NCBI GenBank assembly: GCA_963790105.1
Contig: CAWBNI010000015.1
Coordinates: 133,793 to 197,792, forward strand
DNA length: 64,000 bases
Reading direction: 5' to 3'
Source of the DNA: an uncultured Bacteroidales bacterium
GTDB lineage: Bacteria > Bacteroidota > Bacteroidia > Bacteroidales > UBA10428
The position numbers and the translations under genes were made by a program. Positions 52,517 to 61,524 of this stretch are shown here, piece after piece. Under the pieces are notes generated by a model that was not told the origin of the DNA, searched no databases, and saw only the letters and a list, made by a program, of their open reading frames with translations. Positions within the stretch are counted from its first letter, which is position 1. Each line of letters opens with the position of its first letter.

Positions 52517-54109
52517 TTAATAGCCTTCATTTTGGGTTAAACCCGGATAAAGGGAAATTTCACTGTTGGGAATAATAAACCGATGGCTCACTCCCAGCTT
52601 GAAGGTGGAAAAGTCCTCGTCCCTGTTTAATGCAAGCCAGTTAATTTCTTCCTGGTTAAACAGGGTTCCCCATCTGTCAAGATCATACCAACGGGTGCAT
52701 TCTCCGCATAACTCAACCAGGCGTTCGTGTTTTATCTGATCCAGCAAGACGGCATACACAGTAAACCCGGAAGCATTCAGATCGGCCATCCCTGAACGTC
52801 TTCGTACCTTATTTATGTATTCAACGGCCGCACCTCGGTCTCCATTCAGCTCATTGATTACCTCTGCCTGCATCAGGTATATATCCGCAAGCCTGACCGC
52901 CCTGAAGTTTATTCCGTTTTTGTAATCTTCACTTGCTTTGAATTCAGCATTGGTGTATTTGTTCCAATAGCATACCTGGGTGAGTTTGTCCGCATCGGTT
53001 GTTGCTGCTGCATCCCATTGTGTCCAGGTTTTACCGTAATACTGGGTTGTATCGCCCGGTTTATTCCAGATAAGGGTTACCGGCAGGCGTGGATCTTCCT
53101 TGCCGTCAGCAGTCAATTCCTTTTTAAATTCATCCAGCAGCCAGGCCCTGGCATATACATCATGCCATGCGCCGATTCCACCCACGGGGAATCCGATAAA
53201 TTTTCCGCGCTGGGTGCCAACTTCCTTGCCATTATAGATTTCATCCCTGAAGATGATCTCAAAAATGGATTCTTCATTCAGTTCATTGAATTCAGTAAAA
53301 TTATCGCGGTAGCTGGGCACGAGCCTGTAGATATTCAAGGCTTCAATTTCATCCATCTTGCTTTTTGCCTGCTGCCAGTATGCGGGTGCCTGGGAGGCAT
53401 CATTCCCCGGACGTTTGTAATACCCGGCCAGTTGCATAGCAGTTTTTGCGATCATCGCCTTGGCTGCCCCGATCGTAATTCTTCCTTTTTCTGCCGATCC
53501 GAATTCAGTCCAGTCCACCGGCAATAATTTTTCGGCCTCCTGGAAATCACTCATGGCCTGCTTGTATATTTCTTCCTGTTCAATCACTTCCCCATTATCG
53601 GTGGAGTTCATCTGCCGTGGACCTTTGGCATAGGTACCTGCCAGGTACCAGTAAGAATATCCCCGCATAAAATAAGCCTGTCCGATGATCCGGTCCGCTT
53701 CGCCCTTGTCGGTGAACAGATCGTAACCGCGATCCTTCATATAATCAAAAACCTGGTTACAGTAGTAGATCTGGCGATACAACATCAGCCAGGGTTGTAC
53801 CACACCCTCGGAGGAACTGTAACTGGTGGTATTAAAAGTGGCAATCGCAATCCAATGGGGAGCCGGACTCTTGCTCCAGCCTTCATCTCCCCGGAGAATC
53901 ATATCGGCATGGTACCACCGGCCGAAATAACCGGGCAAACGGAAACACGAATAAGCGGCATTAATGGCCAGCCTGTAATCTTCTTCATGGTTCCAGTATG
54001 TATCGGCCGAAGCCCTGTTGGGGTCTTTCAGATCAAGGTAATCTTCGGAACAGGAAAACCCCAGCATCAGGAATGCGGAAACCAGGGTATTGAGGATAAT
54101 TTTTTTCAT
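52517..54109 (-). CDS. susD: SusD/RagB-family outer-membrane nutrient-binding lipoprotein
   Basis: I chose the start at MKKIILNTLVSAFLMLGFSC (lipobox). TPR-like SusD features are present (YFMRGYSYWYLAGTY, RWYDLDRW). It lies immediately downstream of SusC. Confidence 0.9.
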   Translation of the reverse strand: MKKIILNTLVSAFLMLGFSCSEDYLDLKDPNRASADTYWNHEEDYRLAINAAYSCFRLPGYFGRWYHADMILRGDEGWSKSPAPHWIAIATFNTTSYSSSEGVVQPWLMLYRQIYYCNQVFDYMKDRGYDLFTDKGEADRIIGQAYFMRGYSYWYLAGTYAKGPRQMNSTDNGEVIEQEEIYKQAMSDFQEAEKLLPVDWTEFGSAEKGRITIGAAKAMIAKTAMQLAGYYKRPGNDASQAPAYWQQAKSKMDEIEALNIYRLVPSYRDNFTEFNELNEESIFEIIFRDEIYNGKEVGTQRGKFIGFPVGGIGAWHDVYARAWLLDEFKKELTADGKEDPRLPVTLIWNKPGDTTQYYGKTWTQWDAAATTDADKLTQVCYWNKYTNAEFKASEDYKNGINFRAVRLADIYLMQAEVINELNGDRGAAVEYINKVRRRSGMADLNASGFTVYAVLLDQIKHERLVELCGECTRWYDLDRWGTLFNQEEINWLALNRDEDFSTFKLGVSHRFIIPNSEISLYPGLTQNEGY

Positions 54110-54145
54110 TTTGTAAAATCTATATGATTTAACTTTACTTTTCAC

Positions 54146-57100
54146 TTACAGGGATATCTGAAATCCAACCATATAAGAGCGTACCGGCGGATATTGTCCC
54201 CAGTCACAACCCTGCTCAAATACCCCGTTTCCGGTGAGTTCGGGATTGTAGCCCTTGTATTTCGTTATGGTCACAAGGTTCTGCCCGCTGATGTATATCC
54301 GCAAGCCCCCTAAAAACTTCATTTTTGTGATCAGCGCAGAAGAAAGATTATAGCCGAACTGAAGGGTTTTCAGGGTTAGAAATGATCCATCTTCCAGCCA
54401 GCGATCCGATTGGAACAGGACGTTGTCATTAGGTCCAAACAGGGGACGCGGCGTAGTATTGGAAGGATGCTCGGTCGTCCATGGTTTCAGGTCGGCAGGC
54501 ATGTTGTTCGGCGCATCCATGGCTTCAAGGGTTTGCCGTTGCCCGTTAAATATCTTATTTCCATAGCGGGCAGTCCAGAACATGGTGAAATCAAATCCCT
54601 TATAATCTGCAGATGCATTGAAGCCGAGTTCAAATTTCGGAATCGGACTTCCAACCCACTGCCGGTCTCCTGCAAGGTCAATTTTGCCGTCATGATTAAA
54701 ATCTTCATACCGAACATCGCCCGGATGAGCATCCGGCTGTATCAATGCCACTGTACCATCGCCCAGGGTGGTTGTATAGGCAAATACCTCATCCCAATTC
54801 TGGAAGATGCCCTTCATTTTGATAAGATAGAAATCCGATACGGATCGGCCTTCCTGTGTCCTGTTTACCTGACCGTAGTCTCCTTCCCTGTAACCTTCTG
54901 AAGTTCCGAGTTTAAGTACCTTGTTTTGCAGGGAGGTAACGTTCGCCCCAATGCTGTAATTCACCTGTCCTTTTTTGTCCCGCCAGGCAATGGAGAATTC
55001 CACACCCCTGTTCTGCATTTCCCCGTAATTGGTCCATAAACTCGAACCCGCATAATAATTAACATCATCTATGCCCACCCCGGTGGCAAGGGATATGGGA
55101 AGCCTGACCAGCAGGTCAGACGAGACGGAATTAAACCATTCAAATGATCCTGAAATCCTGTTTTGAAGAAAAGCGTAGTCAAATCCCAGGTTAAGGGTAG
55201 TTTTGGTTTCCCACTTAAGATACGGATTGGCCCTTTGGGTAAGAATGGCGCCTTCATTGGCAATCTGATCCACGCCAAAGAAAGAATAAAGCCCCTGGTA
55301 GGGTCCGCTGAAATCCACAGAAGGTATATAATCATAATTTCCGAGAGCCTGCATATCACCTATAACCCCATAGCTGATGCGCAATTTGAAATCATTCATT
55401 GTGTTCCTGAAGGCTTCAAAGAATGGTTCATTGCTTACACGCCATCCGAAGGAGGCGGAAGGGAAATTACCCCAACGGTTCTTTTCACCGAATTTGGAAG
55501 AACCGTCACGCCGTATGTTGAACTGAAACAGGTATTTATCCTTATAATTATAATTTAACCGTCCCAGGTAAGACAACAGCCTGTTTTCCTGCTCGGATCC
55601 CCACATATTGAATTGTTCCCCAACCAGGTCAATTTGCCACTTACCATCCACTTTCTGGTTATAGCCCTCATTGGCCAGGTATTTAAATTTGTTGTCCTGC
55701 AGGGTAAATCCTGCCAGCACCTCAATTGTATGTTCCCCGAATGTATGTGTATAATCAAGCGTATGTTCCATTAGCAGGCTCATGCGCTCCTCACTGTTCT
55801 GCCACAATCTGTCGTTATATTTTATCTGTGTGGATGCATAACGCATGGTGACTGCCTCATCCATTTGTTTACGCAAACCGGTCCAGTAATCAATTCCAAA
55901 ATTTGCTTTGTATTTTAACCCTTTCAATATTTCAATTTCCGCATATAAATTGCCCAGAATACGGTTACCTGCCTGCCTGTCGTTCACCGATTGCTGAAGT
56001 GCAACAGGGTTGGTATTGTAAGTCTCATATTTGCCGTTACCATACCCATAACCACCGCGGCCTGAAGGTTCATTGGGATCATACACAGGGATAACCGGGG
56101 GCATGCTAAGCGCATTGGTAAACGAACTTGTCCAGAGGTTGGTAAGTTTCTGATCAGTATGAATAAGCGACACATTTTCTCCAAAAGTAATTATGCCTCG
56201 TTTTCCTTCTGAATTGATCCTGAACGTGTATCTCTTGTACCAGGGTCCTTCAAGCACTCCTTCTTGTGAATAATACCCCGCTCCAAGCATATATTTTGTA
56301 TTTGCGCTACCCCCGGAGGCGGAAAGGTTTAAATCGGTTATTTTGCCTGTCTCAAAAATGGCTTTCTGCCAGTCCGTGTTTGGAATTTCTTCACCCAGTT
56401 CGGGACGGCCGGGCCATTCCCTGCCTGCATTGATATAACTGAGCTGATTGTAATACAAAAACTGTTCTGTGTTCATCATGTCAATTTTCCTTCCGATTTC
56501 CTGCCATCCAAAATTGCCTGTGAAATCAATTTTCATTGGACCTTCCTTGCCTTTTAGGGTAGTAATGATGATCACCCCGTTGGCTCCGCGTGAACCATAC
56601 AGTGCAGTGGCCGAGGCATCCTTAAGGATCTGGATAGACTCGACATCAGAGGGATTCAGGTGGTTGGCATCATTGAGGATCAGGCCGTCAATAACATACA
56701 AGGGGCCTACATCAGAAAAAGAGCCAACTCCCCGGATGCGGACATCTGCCATACGGCCCGGATCACCATTGGTCTGAACAGATACACCGGCAACCTGACC
56801 CTGTAAAGCCTCCGCCACACCGGATACCTTCACTTTTTTCATTTCTTCCACATTTACAATACCCACAGATCCGGTGAGATCTTTCTTTTTTTGTACACCA
56901 TACCCAATCACAACCACCTCATCGAGACTTTTTACATCGGGCTCCATGGTAACATCAATGGTTGTTTTATCTCCTACCTCAATCTTTTGAGCAGTAAACC
57001 CTACAAATGAAAATGACAGCACGGCAGATGGCCCCGGCACATCGATCTCAAAGTGCCCGTCCACATCCGTTGTAGTTCCCTGCAACGTACCCTCAATCTG

Positions 57101-57559
57101 GATGTTAACCCCGATCAGCGGTTCAGAATTGCTGGCGTCCTTAACGATGCCGGTTACCTTTTGCTGCTGAGGATTTCTCATTTCATTAGCGGCTTTTTTG
57201 GGAGCCAGGATAATCTGCCTGTCATAAACCACATATTCAATGTCCGAATCCTTGAACAGACCATTTAAAATCTCGGAAATTGGCAGATTGTCTGCTGTCA
57301 CATCTACCTTTCGGTTGACATCAATCAGCTTCTGATTGAAGAAAAAATAGAAATCACTTTTTGCCTCTATTTCATTGAGAACTTCCTCAATGGTCGCGTT
57401 TTTCAGATCCAGAGAAATCCTGGCCGACTGCGAATAGGATGTTGCGGCAAATGACTGAAAAACTCCGGCTATGAGCAAAACAAATGTGATTTTCATGATG
57501 AGAAGTAGTTTTAAACAATTTGGTCGTGGAAACCAACTGCTGTTGTAGGCATTTTTCAT
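54146..57559 (-). CDS. susC: SusC/RagA-family TonB-dependent transporter with N-terminal STN signalling domain
   Basis: 1137 aa. The STN-like segment (LDLKNATIEEVLNEIEAKSDFYFFFNQ...ISEILNGLF) is followed by the CarboxypepD_reg-like VTGIVKDASNSEPLIGVNIQIEG, then the plug (DEVVVIGYGVQKKKDLTGSV), then a 22-strand-sized barrel. Confidence 0.95.
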   Translation of the reverse strand: MKNAYNSSWFPRPNCLKLLLIMKITFVLLIAGVFQSFAATSYSQSARISLDLKNATIEEVLNEIEAKSDFYFFFNQKLIDVNRKVDVTADNLPISEILNGLFKDSDIEYVVYDRQIILAPKKAANEMRNPQQQKVTGIVKDASNSEPLIGVNIQIEGTLQGTTTDVDGHFEIDVPGPSAVLSFSFVGFTAQKIEVGDKTTIDVTMEPDVKSLDEVVVIGYGVQKKKDLTGSVGIVNVEEMKKVKVSGVAEALQGQVAGVSVQTNGDPGRMADVRIRGVGSFSDVGPLYVIDGLILNDANHLNPSDVESIQILKDASATALYGSRGANGVIIITTLKGKEGPMKIDFTGNFGWQEIGRKIDMMNTEQFLYYNQLSYINAGREWPGRPELGEEIPNTDWQKAIFETGKITDLNLSASGGSANTKYMLGAGYYSQEGVLEGPWYKRYTFRINSEGKRGIITFGENVSLIHTDQKLTNLWTSSFTNALSMPPVIPVYDPNEPSGRGGYGYGNGKYETYNTNPVALQQSVNDRQAGNRILGNLYAEIEILKGLKYKANFGIDYWTGLRKQMDEAVTMRYASTQIKYNDRLWQNSEERMSLLMEHTLDYTHTFGEHTIEVLAGFTLQDNKFKYLANEGYNQKVDGKWQIDLVGEQFNMWGSEQENRLLSYLGRLNYNYKDKYLFQFNIRRDGSSKFGEKNRWGNFPSASFGWRVSNEPFFEAFRNTMNDFKLRISYGVIGDMQALGNYDYIPSVDFSGPYQGLYSFFGVDQIANEGAILTQRANPYLKWETKTTLNLGFDYAFLQNRISGSFEWFNSVSSDLLVRLPISLATGVGIDDVNYYAGSSLWTNYGEMQNRGVEFSIAWRDKKGQVNYSIGANVTSLQNKVLKLGTSEGYREGDYGQVNRTQEGRSVSDFYLIKMKGIFQNWDEVFAYTTTLGDGTVALIQPDAHPGDVRYEDFNHDGKIDLAGDRQWVGSPIPKFELGFNASADYKGFDFTMFWTARYGNKIFNGQRQTLEAMDAPNNMPADLKPWTTEHPSNTTPRPLFGPNDNVLFQSDRWLEDGSFLTLKTLQFGYNLSSALITKMKFLGGLRIYISGQNLVTITKYKGYNPELTGNGVFEQGCDWGQYPPVRSYMVGFQISL

Positions 57560-57632
57560 ATTTTTACACGGTAAATTGGTTGATAAAACACGTTATACAC
57601 TCATGTATAGTAAATTATTGGCCAGTTTCTCA

Positions 57633-57665
57633 GGGGGGAATGCCGCAAACATTTCCCCCTTTTTT
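57633..57665 (+). terminator. GC-rich hairpin plus T6, oriented as a plus-strand terminator inside a minus-strand operon
   Basis: GGGGGGAATG-CCGCAAA-CATTTCCCCC (one bulge) followed by TTTTTT at 57660-57665. It lies between the fecR stop (57680) and the susC start (57559). Confidence 0.35.
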
Positions 57666-57679
57666 GGCTAAGGCTATCT

Positions 57680-58760
57680 TTACGCTCGAATCTTTCGGGC
57701 AGGGAAAATGATAATTTTCTTTTTCGGAAAAGAACCATCCGGCAAAGGTTCCCGCTTAACTTCACGATAATCAACCGGCGAGGAAATTTTCAGGAGATGA
57801 AGAATCTCATCGAGGGATTCTTCTTCAAAAGTTGCCCGATACCGGTATTCTTTCAGCTTTTCATCTTTCAGTTCTATGTCAACATTATAGAAATAGCCGA
57901 TTCTTTTAATAACATCTTCAAGGGGTTCATTTCTGAAAATCAACTTTCCATCCTTCCAGGCAACAAATCTATAGGTATCTTCTGTAAGTAAATTAAATGA
58001 TCCGGACAGAGTATCAAAGGCCAGGTGCTGGCTGGGTATCCATTTTTGATATTTCCACCGTTTTCCCTCCCGTCACATTTTTGGAAACGGAAATTTTACC
58101 TTCAACAAGGGTAATCTGGCTGTCTTTCTCAATCGAAGAGACATTTACATTAAAGCGGGTACCTGTTGCCCTTACATTCAACCTTTTTGTGTGAACAATA
58201 AATGGCCTTGATGCATCGGATTCAACTTCAAAATAACCTTCACCGGTAAGGAATACCTCCCTGCGACGGCTCGCAAAGTCCTGGGGATATTTTAACTTAC
58301 TGCCTGAATTGAGCCATACCCTGGATCCATCATCAAGAGTAAGCATAGAACGGGTACCAAAAGCGGCAGACACCTCGTTGTAAACCGGATTGGAGGAGTT
58401 GGCAAGGGTTTCATGCCTGAGCGTACCCAGATAATAACTACCCGCCAGCATAGGTAAAAATAAAATGGCTGCTGCCTTTAATAAAAAGGTTAACGCTATA
58501 GAGGACTTTCGTATAAATCCAAGCCTTCCCTTTACTTTCAAATAGGCCTTTTCTATATCAACATCATGTGGATTGACATCATTATGCCAAAGCTCCCAGA
58601 TGTTTTTCATCCGCTGATAGTACAACAAATTGTCTTTTGAATCGGATACCCACGTGTCCAGTCTATCTGTATCTTCCGCTGTGGCCGATCCCGCAAGGCA
58701 TGCGGCTATTAATGAATTAATCTCTTCCTGGTTATAATCTTCCATATCGCTGTTTTTCAT
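57680..58760 (-). pseudogene. FecR-family anti-sigma factor, one frameshift near 58040
   Basis: Fragments are 58014..58760 (cytoplasmic N-domain, TM helix ALTFLLKAAAILFLPMLAG, FecR domain) and a frame that is open down to 57680 (LAFDTLSGSFNLLTEDTYRFVAWKDGKLIFRNEPLEDVIKRIGYFYNV, a DUF4974-like C-terminus). An A5 run lies at the junction. Confidence 0.85.
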
Positions 58761-58844
58761 AACAACGACGTTTCAAAAATACTTTCCCACTCAAAAAGGT
58801 TGTTTTTTTTCAGAAAAATTTCGGGGATAAGCGGGGCTTTTTCT

Positions 58845-59419
58845 TCAAATTATGGTAACCATTATTAATATGGTGATGAGGTAATCCTTTAAATATTGTT
58901 TCAGCAAGGAAAGCGCCTTCCCCATCCGTACTTCCACCATTCGTACCGAAATATCAAGCTGACTGGCGATTTCGGCATATGTGAACCCCTCAAAACGATT
59001 CAGAAGAAATATTTTACTGATGTCTTCCGGAAGTTTTCCGAGGGCCTTCTTTAAATCATCCTCCAGTTCAGAATATAACACGTAGTTTTCTGTATCATTT
59101 TCAAGCAATAACGGATGATTCTGCAGTTTTGACTGGTAGTTGTCAACAATTTTTAAATGCCTGATGGTATCAATACACCTGTTTTGAATTGATTTAAGTA
59201 AAAAAGAACGCAGCGAAGAAGTAATTATAACACATTCCCGGTTTTCCCAGAGACGAATAAAAACATCCTGGGCAATCTCTTCTGCTGCCTGTTTATCCCT
59301 GACAAATGTAACTGCAAACAATACAAGATCTACATAATAGGTTTTGAAAATGATTGAAAAAGCAGATTCATCACCCCCGAGCATCCGTTGAATAGTGAGT
59401 TATCTTCTTCGCTGAACAT
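58845..59419 (-). pseudogene. ECF-type RNA polymerase sigma-70 factor, N-terminal frameshift near 59385
   Basis: ORF 58845..59384 carries region 2 (AQDVFIRLWENR) and the region 4 HTH (FTYAEIASQLDISVRMVEVRMGKAL). The likely true start MFSEEDNSLFN at 59419 is in another frame. Confidence 0.85.
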
Positions 59420-59439
59420 AATCGTTTATAACTTCCGGT

Positions 59440-61501
59440 TTATGGCACAATGGGGAAGGCCACAATACGAACCTTTGTAAAGCCATAGGGTACTAAGGTA
59501 ATGGTTTCAACTGAATCATTCACCGCCCCCTTGAACAGTCCGTTCCTGTCAGTTACAGGAATCGGGGCCACGTCATTGAGCAGTTGCCATGAAGGAATGC
59601 GGCGGCCGGTAGTGATCAGTTCACCCGGCACATGGGCAAGATTCCAGATAAAACCGGATGTTAGCTGTGAAGATTCAGCGGTTTTTCTGAATTCAAAATG
59701 ATTGGCCGGGTCAGATATTGCCTGTGCAGAAATTCCATAATTCCACTTGCCGATCGGATAAACGCAGAAATAATCTCCTTCCTTTTCATCATGGCCTTTT
59801 TCCCAGCGTTCATCCAGCTTCAGGGCATAAACAAGCGGTCCGCGTTCAACAGCCCTGGAATTACGTCCCCACTCGGAGATTTTCACTTGCATGGGAAATT
59901 GCACCACAAGGATGTCTCCGTTTTTCCAGATGCGTTTGATGTGAATGACCTGCCCTCCTTTTTCACGCTTCAATTCAATCCCATTCAGCATTAATACTGC
60001 CTCGTTGCACCAGCCCGGAAGACGAACAAAAAACGAAAATTCCACCGGACGTGAAACACCCAACTCAAACCGGATATTTTCATCAAAGGGATAACCGGTA
60101 ATTTCTTTTATGGAAATTTTTTCTTTCCCCTGCCCCACCAGGGCGGTTACCTCACAGGGAGCAAACTCAAGGGCGGCGAGTCCGCCGTCACCTGCGGTAT
60201 ACCAGAGGTGTGACGCAAATTTTGTCCATCCCTGGTGCATATTCGCCAGGCAGCAGGTATAGCCGCTGCGCATGCCAAAAACATTGGTCATTTGCCTGTC
60301 AAAAGGTAGGGTGAAGCTGAAAACGCCTTTTTTAACCTGTACCTGGTTGGCAATCTGGAAGTACTGTTTCGCATTATAATCATCCGTAGTCTGAGTTGGC
60401 AGGGCATTATAGGCCATTCTTTCAAGGGCATCCATGTACTCAATATCCCCTGTAATGGCCATTGTTTGTTCCATGGAATACATGGCTTCCACAAGGGCAC
60501 AAAGTTCAGTGCCCTGCTCCGGATTATTCCCATGCAGGTCTTCATCGGCGGAGAAAATTCCCATCGGAAGTCCATGCAACAACATGAGATCGTGGAAACC
60601 TGTCTTTTGATCCGTGAGATACTTTGAATTTCCGGTTCGCTGGTAATTCAGGGCAGGTGCTTTTAATCCCATTCCCACATTCACCCCGTGCCGGTGCATC
60701 CAGTTATCCCTGCTCTGATGGGCTGCTGCCTCTATCACCCAGTCGCGGTTTCCAAGCCAGGTGCTCCAGGCAAAAGACTGAGATTCAATTAAGGAGGCCA
60801 GTTCCAGCAAGGATGCATCATGGTTAATCGAATACAGCCACTGGGCAACCAGGATGTTTTCAGTTCCCCGGGAAACTGCCCATTCAGTCCATTGACCGAG
60901 AGGACATCCTTTTAATGCAGCCAGCTGGTAAGCAAAATATTTCCTGAGAAAAGGAATCACCCTCGGATCGCCGGAAGCCAGGTAATACTGCTGCATAACT
61001 TTTAACATCAGCATTTTGGGCCACCAGTCCTCGCCTGTGGCACAACTGGCCACCTCAACGAAATTGCTTTTTTCTCTTTCTGCCTTGGTTACCGGTCCGA
61101 AATAACCTGAGGGTCTTTGATGTTCCAGGGTCCAGTTGATATACTTCATATACTTTATCCTGCAGAGTCTTGTCGGCCAAAAGCCAGGCCAGTGGAACAG
61201 CCCCATCAAGCCAGTAGGGGGTTTCTTCCCATCCGTCCCCGGTTCCGCCCAACCAGCCATTGCTGTCCTTTACTTTGGCATACACCTCATCGAGATGCCC
61301 GGTAGTACCGTCGCGCATAATCTGCAACTGGTGAAGCAGCCATCCGCCGGGTTTTACCGCACCCGGTGGAAGCTCGGAATAAACCGGCATTACAAAACCT
61401 TCGGCCGACATGGCATTTGGTTCGATCCGGTTCTTAACCTCCGGACTGATTGAACCTGCTGTCAGCAAAATAATGGCTAGAGAAACAAGGATACTTTTCA
61501 T
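59440..61501 (-). pseudogene. GH127-family (DUF1680) beta-L-arabinofuranosidase-like hydrolase, one frameshift near 61130-61150
   Basis: Fragments 61055..61501 and 59440..61260. An ExC (GTELCALVE) plus CC (GYTCCLANMH) pattern is consistent with the GH127 Zn-Cys3-Glu site as I recall it. Confidence 0.75.
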
Positions 61502-61524
61502 GGACAGGGATATTTAATAAGGTC

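Noticed and set aside
53018-55558. Plus-strand ORFs of 130-170 aa antisense to susD and susC
   Set aside because: Same reasoning: they lie wholly inside well-supported minus-strand genes and have no family resemblance.
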